54,175 bases of DNA from Candidatus Thalassarchaeum sp. (GTDB lineage Archaea > Thermoplasmatota > Poseidoniia > Poseidoniales > Thalassarchaeaceae), in contig JASMMD010000005.1 in assembly GCA_030748335.1 (NCBI GenBank), forward strand, positions 1-54,175, written 5' to 3'. The notes beneath the pieces were generated by a model. The model worked only from the letters and a program-made list of their open reading frames with translations. It had not been told where the DNA came from and did no database searches. How positions within the stretch are numbered: position 1 is the stretch's first letter; every line of letters begins with the position of its first letter. Positions 1 through 9,562 of the stretch are shown piece by piece. Position numbers and translations under genes: made by a program.

Positions 1-1
1 C

Positions 2-187
2 AAGCTCGGTGCAGGTATTGCGCTAGCTGGTTGTGGGATAGGAACCGGTCTTGCGCAAGGACCAATCGGCGCAGCCGCTGTTGGCATGATTGCCGAGGAC
101 GACAGTAAGTTCGGTTTGGCACTTCTGTTCACCGTACTGCCTGAGACCATTGTTCTGTTCGGTTTCCTTTCGATCTACCTACTGTAG
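2..187 (+). CDS. atpK: A/V-type ATP synthase proteolipid subunit K (c), 5'-truncated by the window
   Basis: Translated by hand in frame 2: KLGAGIALAGCGIGTGLAQGPIGAAAVGMIAEDDSKFGLALLFTVLPETIVLFGFLSIYLL*. Two hydrophobic helices with the essential Glu (PET); lies directly before atpE. Not in the ORF track. Confidence 0.95.
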   Translation, partial: KLGAGIALAGCGIGTGLAQGPIGAAAVGMIAEDDSKFGLALLFTVLPETIVLFGFLSIYLL

Positions 188-223
188 GTCGTTTGGGACT
201 AGGCAGATATTGGAGAGTCACAT

Positions 224-790
224 ATGTCATTGGACAAGCTTGCAAGCGAGATTGAGTCTATGGCCAAGGCCGAGGCTAAGAAGATCGCCGACGACGCGAA
301 GGCCGAGGCCAAGCGCATCAGCGGCGAGGCTAAGGCATCGGTCAAAGAGTACCGCGGAGCGGCCATCGGACAGGCCGAGAGGACGAGCGAACAGGTCGCC
401 ATCGAAAGCATCGCCGCCGCTCGCCAGAGGAACCAGAAACGACTCCTCGTAGCGCGCAGGGCGGAGCTCGACGCGGCATGGGAGGAAGTTGTATCCCAGG
501 TCGGCTCTGCCGATCTTAAGGGCAGGGAGGACATACTGGACTCCCTGTTGGAGAAGGCAGCTGAAGAAGCAGGCGAGGGCATGGTCCTCCGCCCGGTCTC
601 GGTGGATCGCGAAGCCCTGTCCGGCAACTCAGACGGCTTCCAGATGGGCGAGGACATCGATGGAATCGGCGGCTTCGTACTCGAGAGTGCGGACGGCTCG
701 GTCCTGATGGACTACCGCTTCGAGGGCAGGTTGCGCGACGCTTGGGACGCGAGCCTCGGTGAAGTCAGTAGCATATTGTTTGGAGAGTGA
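224..790 (+). CDS. atpE: A/V-type ATP synthase subunit E
   Basis: Coiled-coil N-terminus (AKAEAKKI..A..EA..I), C-terminal IGGFVLES.DG motif, operon position. Confidence 0.9.
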   Translation: MSLDKLASEIESMAKAEAKKIADDAKAEAKRISGEAKASVKEYRGAAIGQAERTSEQVAIESIAAARQRNQKRLLVARRAELDAAWEEVVSQVGSADLKGREDILDSLLEKAAEEAGEGMVLRPVSVDREALSGNSDGFQMGEDIDGIGGFVLESADGSVLMDYRFEGRLRDAWDASLGEVSSILFGE

Positions 791-798
791 GTTTGAGC

Positions 799-1854
799 AT
801 GGCGGAGATAGCAGTCGGGAAGGGTAACTGGGCTAACGCCTCGGCCCGCAGCAAGGCTAGGAAGGCCAAGTTGCTCGACGAGACCAGACTCCGCCAACTG
901 ATGAAGAGCGGCCCGGACACTATCGCCGCCAGCATAGGCGAGCTCGACTACCGCAGGGAACTCGACATCTACTCGGCCCGCCTCAGCGGGGCGGACCTCG
1001 TCGAGGCGGCCCTGAGCCACAATCTGGATCGTGAACTCACAGAGGTGATGGGCTTCTGTCAGGGCCGACTGAAGAGGATAGTCTCGGTCTTCGCCCTCCG
1101 CTTCTCGTACAGCAACGCCAAGGCGGTACTCCGTGCCGTCAATGGAGGGGCCTCTGTCGAGAGCCTAGCCAACTCGGTGTTGCCCGACGAGAACGACCTC
1201 AACGTGGACTGGCTCGAAATCGCCCGCCAGAGCGAGACCCTGCATGACGCAGCCACGGCGATGGGCGGAACACCTTGGGGATCTGCCGTTTCTGATATCG
1301 ACTCCGACGCGACGCTGCAGGAGTACGAGGACGCTCTGGACCGCCACTACTACCACGAGGCGATTTCAGCGCTCAGGACCAGTGGTCAGAGCCACAGCCT
1401 CCTATTGGGGTACCTACGCTCCGAAATCGACCATCGAAACATCGTGAACCTGCTACGAGCTCTACGTCAGAAACTGCCCGTAGAGCAGCGCTCAGGCCTG
1501 ATACTGGAAGGAGGCAGATTCCTCAAGGGAAATCTACTGCGAAGTGCCGCACAGGCGGATTCGGAGGACGCCCTGATGGAGGTCCTGCGTAGGACCAGCA
1601 TGGAGACCGCCGAGCTTGAGGATGCCCTGAAGGAGTCGCACGAACACGGTGGCCTAGACCCCGTGGTCAGCTACTTTGCATCCGAGAGGAGAGCCGACCT
1701 GAGGCGGATGAGCCATCTGAATCCCCTGTCGGCCTTCCCCCTAATTTACTACCTCGAGAGCAAGGTGCTCGAAGTCCAGAATCTCCGCCTGCTGGTGCGC
1801 GGCAAGGCGGTTGGGCTATCCGACGAGGTAATCGAAGCGCACATGGCGTTCTGA
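799..1854 (+). CDS. atpC: A/V-type ATP synthase subunit C
   Basis: ARSKARKAKLL, EIDHRNI.NLLR, EVQNLRLLVRGK motifs; ATG at 799 preferred over GTG at 787. Confidence 0.92.
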   Translation: MAEIAVGKGNWANASARSKARKAKLLDETRLRQLMKSGPDTIAASIGELDYRRELDIYSARLSGADLVEAALSHNLDRELTEVMGFCQGRLKRIVSVFALRFSYSNAKAVLRAVNGGASVESLANSVLPDENDLNVDWLEIARQSETLHDAATAMGGTPWGSAVSDIDSDATLQEYEDALDRHYYHEAISALRTSGQSHSLLLGYLRSEIDHRNIVNLLRALRQKLPVEQRSGLILEGGRFLKGNLLRSAAQADSEDALMEVLRRTSMETAELEDALKESHEHGGLDPVVSYFASERRADLRRMSHLNPLSAFPLIYYLESKVLEVQNLRLLVRGKAVGLSDEVIEAHMAF

Positions 1855-1863
1855 GGTGATGAT

Positions 1864-2163
1864 ATGGAGATAGCAATAGTAGGCACTACCGAATTCACCC
1901 TCGGATTCCAGTTAGCAGGCATAATGCGCCTGCACAACCCACACGGCGACGAGGAGATGCGCGACACCCTCAGCTCGTTGCTCGATGAGAAAGAGGTCGG
2001 TATCATCGTAGTCGATTCAGCCGATCTCACGCGCATGCCGGACAAACTCAGACAGCGAATGTCCGACAGCATTTCGCCCACAGTGTTGGGCATAGGGACA
2101 GAGGAGGACAATACCCTCCGTGAGTCCATCAAGTCGGCGCTCGGCGTCGACCTTTGGAAGTAG
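1864..2163 (+). CDS. atpF: A/V-type ATP synthase subunit F
   Basis: IAIVG...TLGFQLAGI and C-terminal ALGVDL; GAGGTGA Shine-Dalgarno upstream. Confidence 0.95.
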   Translation: MEIAIVGTTEFTLGFQLAGIMRLHNPHGDEEMRDTLSSLLDEKEVGIIVVDSADLTRMPDKLRQRMSDSISPTVLGIGTEEDNTLRESIKSALGVDLWK

Positions 2164-2196
2164 ATTCCTCGAATACAAGGATAAGGAAGTGAAGAA

Positions 2197-3939
2197 ATGA
2201 GTGAAGAAAACGGATTGATTTACAGAATCTCAGGACCGGTCGTCACGGCCGTCGGCATCTCGCCGAGAATGTACGAAGTGGTACGAGTCGGTGACGAAGG
2301 ACTGATGGGAGAAGTGATTGAGTTGCACGGTGACCAGTCGGTCATCCAGGTCTATGAGGAGACCTCGGGCATCAGGCCAGGCGAGCCGGTGATCAGGACA
2401 GGTCAGACCCTGTCCGTGAAGTTGGGCCCCGGTCTGCTGACACAGATCTACGACGGGATACAGCGGCCTCTGGAGGACCTTGAGGAGACCATGGGCGTGT
2501 TCATCACGCGTGGTGTCGATGCCGATGGACTCGACCTCACGAAGAAGTGGGAGTTCAACGCCACCGCCTCGGTCGGCGACGAGGTCTCAGGCGGCTCTAT
2601 AATCGGATTCGTTCAGGAGACCGAGACCGTTGAGCACAGGATCATGGTCCCCCCGGGACCCGGTGGCAAGATTGCTAGCATCGAGTCTGGCGAGTTCGAC
2701 ATTACGACCACGGTGTGCACTCTCGAAGACGGCACTGAGGTTGCGATGATGCAGGAGTGGCCGGTCAGGACCCCGCGCCCGTTCATCCAGAAGAACGCCC
2801 CGGACGTGCCGTTGGTGACTGGCCAGAGGATTCTCGACTTCCTGTTCCCCCTAGCTAAGGGCGGAACCGCTGGCATCCCCGGACCGTTCGGTGCTGGGAA
2901 GACAGTGACCCAACAGCAGTTGGCTAGGTGGTCGGACGCTCAAATCGTCGTCTACATCGGCTGCGGTGAGCGTGGCAACGAGATGACAGAGGTTCTCACA
3001 GAATTCCCTCATCTGATGGATCCCAACACCGGCAAGCCGCTGATGAACAGGACCACGATGATAGCTAACACCTCCAACATGCCGGTCGCCGCACGTGAGG
3101 CATCCGTGTACACCGGCATCACAATCGCCGAGTACTTCAGGGACATGGGATACGATGTCGCCCTCATGGCCGACTCCACCAGCAGGTGGGCCGAGGCCAT
3201 GCGAGAGATATCTTCCCGTCTCGAGGAGATGCCCGGCGAGGAGGGATACCCTGCCTATCTGTCAAGCCGACTGGCCGAGTTCTACGAGCGCGCAGGACGA
3301 GTCCAGACTCTGGGCGGAGATGACGGGTCGGTATCGGTCATCGGTGCCGTTTCTCCTCCAGGAGGGGACATCTCGGAACCGGTCAGCCAGGGTACCTTGA
3401 GAATCGTCAAAGTGTTCTGGGGCCTCGATGCGGGTCTGGCTAGGCAGCGACACTTCCCCGCAATCAACTGGCTGAGTTCCTACAGCTTGTATCCACAGGC
3501 ACTGGACCAGTGGTACCGGGATAACATCGCTAGCGATTTCCCTGAGGTCAGAACGAAGATCAGCAGCCTGCTGCAAGTCGAGGCCGAGCTTCAGGAGATT
3601 GTGCAACTGGTCGGCTCTGACGCCCTCCCCATGGACCAACAGCTTACACTAGAGGTCGCACGGATGATTCGCGAATTCTTCCTGCAGCAGAACGCTTTCC
3701 ACGATGTAGACACTTTCAGCCAGTTGGGACTCCAGTATGAGATGGCCAAGGCAATCTTGACCTTCCAAGAGGAGTCCGAGAAGGCAATGGCCGGTGGAGC
3801 CGGTCTGGAGGAAGTTGTCAACGTCCCTGCACGTACCGACCTGATGAGAGGTCGATTCGAAGAGGGCTATGCTGAGCGCATTGGGAAATTACTCGGTGAG
3901 ATGTCTAAGCAGATTGCTGGGACTATGGAGGACAACTAA
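2197..3939 (+). CDS. atpA: A/V-type ATP synthase catalytic subunit A
   Basis: Walker [36 protein letters not shown]; no intein. Confidence 0.99.
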   Translation: MSEENGLIYRISGPVVTAVGISPRMYEVVRVGDEGLMGEVIELHGDQSVIQVYEETSGIRPGEPVIRTGQTLSVKLGPGLLTQIYDGIQRPLEDLEETMGVFITRGVDADGLDLTKKWEFNATASVGDEVSGGSIIGFVQETETVEHRIMVPPGPGGKIASIESGEFDITTTVCTLEDGTEVAMMQEWPVRTPRPFIQKNAPDVPLVTGQRILDFLFPLAKGGTAGIPGPFGAGKTVTQQQLARWSDAQIVVYIGCGERGNEMTEVLTEFPHLMDPNTGKPLMNRTTMIANTSNMPVAAREASVYTGITIAEYFRDMGYDVALMADSTSRWAEAMREISSRLEEMPGEEGYPAYLSSRLAEFYERAGRVQTLGGDDGSVSVIGAVSPPGGDISEPVSQGTLRIVKVFWGLDAGLARQRHFPAINWLSSYSLYPQALDQWYRDNIASDFPEVRTKISSLLQVEAELQEIVQLVGSDALPMDQQLTLEVARMIREFFLQQNAFHDVDTFSQLGLQYEMAKAILTFQEESEKAMAGGAGLEEVVNVPARTDLMRGRFEEGYAERIGKLLGEMSKQIAGTMEDN

Positions 3940-3952
3940 GGGGGTGCCATGA

Positions 3953-5338
3953 ATGAGCGGAAAGGAATACAGAACAATTACTGATGTCAAAGGACCATTG
4001 GTCTTCCTCGAGAAGACGGAACCCGTATCCTACGGTGAGATCGTGCAGTTACGACTCTCTGACGGGACGATGAAGAACGGACAGGTGCTCGATACCAGCG
4101 ATGATCAGGTCATCGTACAGGTCTTCGAGGGAACCGCGTCCGTAGACAGACAGACCGGGGTCAAGTTCCTCGGAGACGTCTTCAGGCTCCCTGTCAGCAA
4201 GGGACTGATTGGACGTATCCTAGACGGTGCAGGGAAGCCAAGAGACGGCGGACCAGAGATCGTTGCCGAGGAGATGGCGGACATCATCGGTGCCGCCATC
4301 AACCCCTACAGCCGCGAGAGCCCGGAACAGTTCATCCAGACTGGGATCTCGGCAATCGACGCCTGCACGAGTCTTGTGCGTGGGCAGAAGCTGCCAATCT
4401 TCTCAGCATCCGGCCTACCTCACAACGACATAGCCTTACAGATCGCGAGACAAGCTAAGCTGGTAGGCAGCGATGACGACTTCGTCGTCGTCTTCTGCGC
4501 AATGGGAATCACAGCCGAGGAGTACAACTTCTTCGTGCACGATCTAGAGAGGACTGGTGCACTGGAGAACGCCGCGCTGTTCGTCAATCTAGCGGACGAC
4601 CCTGCCGTCGAGCGACTGATTACTCCGAGACTGGCCCTGACGGCCGCCGAGTACCTAGCGTTCGAACACGATTACCACGTGCTCGTCATCTACACTGACA
4701 TGACCAACTATTGCGAGTCCTTGCGTCAGATTGGGGCTGCCCGCGAGGAAGTCCCCGGAAGGCGTGGGTACCCCGGATACATGTACACTGATCTGGCGAT
4801 GCTGTACGAGAGAGCAGGCATGGTCAAGGGCAAGAAGGGAAGCATCACCCAGTTCCCCATCCTTACAATGCCAGGAGACGACATCACGCATCCGATCCCC
4901 GACCTATCGGGATACATCACCGAGGGACAGATCGTGATTTCCAGAGAGCTGCATCAGAAGGGGATATACCCTCCAATCAACGTACTGCCGTCCCTGTCAA
5001 GGCTGATGAACGCAGGAATCGGAGAGGGTAAGACGCGAGAGGACCACAAGTCGGTCTCCGACCAGCTCTATGCCGCCTATGCAGGAGGCAGAGAATTGAG
5101 GGGATTGGTGGCAATCGTCGGAGAGGACGCACTCAATGAGCGTGACCTGCAGTTGCTGAAGTTCGCAGACATCTTTGAGGACCAGTTCCTCAGGCAGAGT
5201 CGGGACGAGGACCGCTCGATATCGGAGGGCACGCTCGACCTAGCGTGGGATCTTCTGACTAACATCGACACGAAGTACCTAGTCAGGCTGGACCAGAAGT
5301 GGATAGACAAGTACCACCCCACTGAGAGCAAGTCGTGA
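3953..5338 (+). CDS. atpB: A/V-type ATP synthase subunit B
   Basis: [46 protein letters not shown]. Confidence 0.99.
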   Translation: MSGKEYRTITDVKGPLVFLEKTEPVSYGEIVQLRLSDGTMKNGQVLDTSDDQVIVQVFEGTASVDRQTGVKFLGDVFRLPVSKGLIGRILDGAGKPRDGGPEIVAEEMADIIGAAINPYSRESPEQFIQTGISAIDACTSLVRGQKLPIFSASGLPHNDIALQIARQAKLVGSDDDFVVVFCAMGITAEEYNFFVHDLERTGALENAALFVNLADDPAVERLITPRLALTAAEYLAFEHDYHVLVIYTDMTNYCESLRQIGAAREEVPGRRGYPGYMYTDLAMLYERAGMVKGKKGSITQFPILTMPGDDITHPIPDLSGYITEGQIVISRELHQKGIYPPINVLPSLSRLMNAGIGEGKTREDHKSVSDQLYAAYAGGRELRGLVAIVGEDALNERDLQLLKFADIFEDQFLRQSRDEDRSISEGTLDLAWDLLTNIDTKYLVRLDQKWIDKYHPTESKS

Positions 5339-5368
5339 AACATCCAGAGGGCGCTTAGGAGGTAGAAC

Positions 5369-5986
5369 ATGGCTCTCGACATCAAGCCAACTAGATCTGA
5401 ACTGATCAACCTCAAGCGGCGCATCAAGCAAACTCAGAACGGCTACAACCTGCTCAAGATGAAGCGTGACGGACTGTTCCACGAATTCAGGACCCTGCTC
5501 TCGGAGATGATCGAGGCCCGTGAGGGGCTGGTCGGGACCTACCGCGAGGCAGTCCAGTCGATCAGCCTAGCCAGTGCCATCGAGGGCGGACTGGCCGTCA
5601 AGAGCGCCGCCATAGCTATCTCTCGCCATCCGGAGGTCACGGTCACGCGGCGCAACATCATGGGAGTAGTAGTACCGAGCGTTGTCGGCACTAACCTGAC
5701 CACCTCGATCGACGAGAGGGGAACGGGACTGATAGGTGGCTCGGCGTACATCGACGAGGCATCTGACGCATACTCAAATCTGGTCGAGAAGATCGTCAAG
5801 GCCGCCGAGATGGAAGCGACGCTGAAGCGACTCCTCGTCGAGATTGAGGCCACCAAGCGCCGAGTCAACGCGCTGGAGTACGTCGTCATCCCTCAGATGG
5901 AGGAGGCTCGGAACTTCATCCAACTCCGTCTAGAAGAGATGGAACGCGAGGAGACGTTCCGCCTGAAACGCTTCAAGAATAAGTGA
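5369..5986 (+). CDS. atpD: A/V-type ATP synthase subunit D
   Basis: PTRSEL..LK, LLKMKRD, TKRRVNALEYV.IP, EREETFRLK. Confidence 0.98.
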   Translation: MALDIKPTRSELINLKRRIKQTQNGYNLLKMKRDGLFHEFRTLLSEMIEAREGLVGTYREAVQSISLASAIEGGLAVKSAAIAISRHPEVTVTRRNIMGVVVPSVVGTNLTTSIDERGTGLIGGSAYIDEASDAYSNLVEKIVKAAEMEATLKRLLVEIEATKRRVNALEYVVIPQMEEARNFIQLRLEEMEREETFRLKRFKNK

Positions 5987-5987
5987 A

Positions 5988-6008
5988 ACGGCGAACTGCG
6001 TTCGCCGT
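5988..6008. terminator. Perfect 9-bp inverted repeat after the atpD stop (possible terminator or regulatory hairpin)
   Basis: ACGGCGAAC-TGC-GTTCGCCGT, 1 nt after the stop codon; no U-tract, so the function is inferred. Confidence 0.45.
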
Positions 6009-6065
6009 GCGTACGTGCGAGGGGTCAAAACCCACCTCCCCAGCCCAATATCGGGAGGAGTCAAC

Positions 6066-8480
6066 ATGACCGAGGCCGAAACTCATCTGCTAGACACCGA
6101 GACGTGGAGTCAGCATGAACTGCTCGAGGTAATCTGCTCGAGGTACTTCGTCCTCGGAAGTCAGGGCTTGGCCGAGCACTCGTGGGAGGTCAACGGCAGG
6201 GACGGCAGAAGCCCCAGTTCCTGCCTCCGCTCGCTGAATAGGCACCTCAAGGACCTCGGGCTGATTGCGGTGCTCGACGAGGGCGACCCGCCTCTGCTCA
6301 GTGTAGGCGGCTTGCCGGTCCAGATGATGGTGATGCCAGCTTGGCAACAGGCTCTGGTATGGGCTTTGGTTACAGGGTTCGCGACTATGGCAGGTGCCCT
6401 CTGGGTCACCCATCTGGACCCATCTCTAGCTGTCCTCGAAACTGCTGTTCTGCAGACCGCCTTCGCCTTCTTCGCCCTCCCCGTGGTCGGTTCCGTGTTA
6501 CTAGCGAGCTACGCCCGGATCTTCGTCTCGGAAGCATTGGAAGCCGAGTCGAGTCACCTAATCCCGCTCGCCTTCCCGGTGATGTCAGCGGAATGGCCGT
6601 TCAGCCTGATTTCGGCGATTGGTCAGTTGAGGCCAGACCTGCACCCAGTGCCCAATCGACGCGCGCTAGGGTTGATCGAGTTGACCACACCGACAGTAAT
6701 GTTCGTCTGCGGCTCGATTCTGACCATACTAGGGCTGGGCATGACGCATGACCAGCCACCGGCGTTCGAGGCGGCTCCAATAGTAGTCGACACCAACTCC
6801 TTAGTGGACATTCTAGGTTCCTTGATGCAATCCTCTGACGTGGCCATGAAACTCCAATGGATACACCCGACCGGACTGGCCGGCATTGCTCTCTCACTAG
6901 CTGGGTGGGCTCTGCTACTGCCAATCCCAGGATTCCCTGGGGACCGCATACTGCATGCTCTAATCGGTCCCGAGGACATGGAGGAGGGCGGCAATCAGAC
7001 GTCAATATTCATCATCACGCTCGGATTCACACTGTTCGTATTCATGAGCACGGACTACTGGCCGTGGCTGCTTCTGGTGGCAATTGCCGCGTGGCGCAGG
7101 TTCAGCCCCGAGCAGATGCCCTCGCCTTACGTCGTGGACGAGTACGCGGGACTCGACGAGATCCCGATGCGCCAGATTGCATCGTTGACTCTGGCAATCC
7201 TATTGCTGGGGTACCCCGGCCTCGAGCCCAGTTATGAGATGGAGGGATGGGACGCTGGCCTGTCGACCGAGTCGTGGCCCGGGTTTGTGGCCTTCGAGGA
7301 CGGGCAGGCTTCAGTTGAATTGGTGCTAGAGCCTGCCGGAGTTATGCCGGTCTCTGGCTGGTTGCAGATGCGCGTCGAAGGGGCCCCTTACGGAGGCTGG
7401 CAAATTGATTCGGAGTGCTTGGATGAGAGGGGGACCTGCCGATTCGAAGACATCACTCAGGCCTCTCCGGGAAGCGTGTCGATTAGTCTGTCTCGTGAGC
7501 AGATGGAGGCTACAGAGCAGGCTTTCAGGCTGGTCGTCCTAGTCGATGTGGCCAATCACGTGACCGAGCACGCAATTGTGTTCCAGCCGATTGGGACAAC
7601 CACGCCGATAGACCCTCTGTGGGTGATGGTCGAGGACACGAGCACCCCAAGGATCTGCGTAGAACTCCTAGTAGTCGAGGATGACCACGTCAACCTGTCC
7701 AACTACAACCCGTTCTGGTCATTCGAGAACGAGACTTCGCTGGGTCCCGATCTGCACACTCTTTGCATGCGCGGTCACGAGGGAGCGATAAACTCCCTGT
7801 CACTGCAGGACGAGCAGTTCCGGAGAATAGGCCCCTCTATCGTGGTGTCCAGAGGAGATCTGAACAATGATATCCTGTTCATGCCGATCGAGGGCACTCA
7901 GCCGAAGATTCAGGTCTCTGAGAGCGAGTGGCTGATTCCCGAGTCGTTCGAGACGGGATCCGAGTACACCATCGCCCGAGGCGACTCCGGCTCGGCGTTC
8001 TGCCCGTCTTCCGAGGTAATCGCAGAGGTCAACGCGACCGGCGACTGGCAGAGGGACCTCTCTGACCACTCGGCAATCCTCGTCCCAGCCGGGCAGACGG
8101 GCAACGCAACCCTGAGATTCCCGCCTTCTGGCTGGTTGGCTCTGTGTAATGGCACCAACATGCTCGCCTCATACAAGGTGGTAGAGGGTCCGGATGTCAT
8201 GGTCGACCCGGGAACACTCGGATCGAGAATGCCTAGTGGCGAGTTCAGCATAGTGAACCGCGAGAACACATCAATGCCAATCTCTCTGGATTGGACCGGG
8301 GATGCGGTCGCGTGGGACAACTGGGAGTCATGGGCCCCGGCCGAAGTGGCCGCGATGTCATCAGTCACGGCCAACGCTTCCGTTCACGGGAGCCCGCCTG
8401 CTTGGTGGGCAGCCTGGGTCACGGCTGAGGAGGACAGCATCACCCTACACTTCGCAGCTCGTTCTTGGGAGGGGGCATGA
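6066..8480 (+). CDS. Site-2 protease (M50)-like polytopic membrane protein lacking catalytic motifs, with a large C-terminal soluble domain
   Basis: GGAGGAG before ATG 6066. S2P-like segments (LIPLAFP..., PVPNRRALGLIEL..P, IHPTGLAG...LLPIPGFPGDRILHAL), but no HExxH and no NxxPxxxxDG. Confidence 0.65.
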   Translation: MTEAETHLLDTETWSQHELLEVICSRYFVLGSQGLAEHSWEVNGRDGRSPSSCLRSLNRHLKDLGLIAVLDEGDPPLLSVGGLPVQMMVMPAWQQALVWALVTGFATMAGALWVTHLDPSLAVLETAVLQTAFAFFALPVVGSVLLASYARIFVSEALEAESSHLIPLAFPVMSAEWPFSLISAIGQLRPDLHPVPNRRALGLIELTTPTVMFVCGSILTILGLGMTHDQPPAFEAAPIVVDTNSLVDILGSLMQSSDVAMKLQWIHPTGLAGIALSLAGWALLLPIPGFPGDRILHALIGPEDMEEGGNQTSIFIITLGFTLFVFMSTDYWPWLLLVAIAAWRRFSPEQMPSPYVVDEYAGLDEIPMRQIASLTLAILLLGYPGLEPSYEMEGWDAGLSTESWPGFVAFEDGQASVELVLEPAGVMPVSGWLQMRVEGAPYGGWQIDSECLDERGTCRFEDITQASPGSVSISLSREQMEATEQAFRLVVLVDVANHVTEHAIVFQPIGTTTPIDPLWVMVEDTSTPRICVELLVVEDDHVNLSNYNPFWSFENETSLGPDLHTLCMRGHEGAINSLSLQDEQFRRIGPSIVVSRGDLNNDILFMPIEGTQPKIQVSESEWLIPESFETGSEYTIARGDSGSAFCPSSEVIAEVNATGDWQRDLSDHSAILVPAGQTGNATLRFPPSGWLALCNGTNMLASYKVVEGPDVMVDPGTLGSRMPSGEFSIVNRENTSMPISLDWTGDAVAWDNWESWAPAEVAAMSSVTANASVHGSPPAWWAAWVTAEEDSITLHFAARSWEGA

Positions 8481-9430
8481 TGCAGATAGCCATCCTCGGC
8501 GTCGGCTCGATAGGAGGGGTTCTCCTAGGCGCCCTCTCTGACACCGACGCAGAGCTGGTGGCCATCGCTCGCGGCGAGAGTGCTAGGATGCTGTCCCAGT
8601 TCGGATTGGTCCTGCACACACCCGAGGGATCCATCGAGACCATCCCTGCAGAGCGCTTTGTCACGGTGGACAGCGAAGCGGGCCCGCTGCCCGCAGGACT
8701 CCGCGGCTCGTGCGACGTCACTCTTATTTGCGGCAAGGCGGACTCGACGCCGATACTAGCTCAGATAGCCGAGGAGCTGCTGAGCGAGGATGGAATCGCC
8801 GCCAGCCTGCAGAACGGCATGGGCCACGCCGAGATAATCGTAAACAGGCTGGGTAGGGAGAGGGTCCTCGGCGGGACTACGACCCATGGGGCGTGGCGAG
8901 GAGAGGATGGAGTCCACTGGGTCGGTCGAGGTAACATCAGGCTGGGCAGGTTCGACGGCACCGACGCCGAGGGCACTACAGCTTCTCTGCTGACCAAGCT
9001 CCACGAAGCGAACCTGGATCCGGAGTGGACCGAGGATATCCAACGCACCATCTGGATCAAGATACTCCTCAATGTGGCAATCAACCCGGTCTGCGCCATC
9101 GCCGGGGTCCGGAACGGAGCCCTGTTGGAGGTGCCCGAGTTGTGGGAGCAGGCGTACTCCGCCATGCTGGAGGCAGCGAAAGTCGCAGAGGCCAGTGGCA
9201 CAGATCTCTCCGAGATTGATTTGGAAGGCACCCTGAGCAAGGTGGCAGGGGCGACTGCGCAGAACCGCTGCTCGATGCTCCAGGACGTGATGGCGGGACG
9301 CAAGACAGAGATCGACGAGCTGTGCGGGGCGATGGTCTCGCTGGGAAAGTCTCTGGGCGTTGAAACTCCGAGGAACGAAATGCTCCATGCACTGGTCCGG
9401 GGAATTCACATCTCGTCCAGTCTGGAGTGA
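8477..9430 (+). CDS. panE: 2-dehydropantoate 2-reductase (ketopantoate reductase)
   Basis: GVGSIGG Rossmann motif, SLQNGMG, WIKILLNVAINP, SMLQDV..GRKTEID. Confidence 0.93.
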   Translation: MMQIAILGVGSIGGVLLGALSDTDAELVAIARGESARMLSQFGLVLHTPEGSIETIPAERFVTVDSEAGPLPAGLRGSCDVTLICGKADSTPILAQIAEELLSEDGIAASLQNGMGHAEIIVNRLGRERVLGGTTTHGAWRGEDGVHWVGRGNIRLGRFDGTDAEGTTASLLTKLHEANLDPEWTEDIQRTIWIKILLNVAINPVCAIAGVRNGALLEVPELWEQAYSAMLEAAKVAEASGTDLSEIDLEGTLSKVAGATAQNRCSMLQDVMAGRKTEIDELCGAMVSLGKSLGVETPRNEMLHALVRGIHISSSLE

Positions 9431-9436
9431 TTCCCC

Positions 9437-9542
9437 CGGCGATTTTTCGGCCCATCCGTAATCGTTGTGCTGCGCCTATGGAAGCCTCAACATTCATTAG
9501 CAGACAGGAGGGGAGCGCGCGATTGTCGTCGGCGATTTTTCG
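9437..9542 (+). repeat. 13-bp direct repeat CGGCGATTTTTCG (two copies) upstream of smc
   Basis: Exact copies at 9437-9449 and 9530-9542; a degenerate GCGATTGTCG at 9519-9528. Confidence 0.7.
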
Positions 9543-9562
9543 CTTGGCGAATGGGTGAGGGG

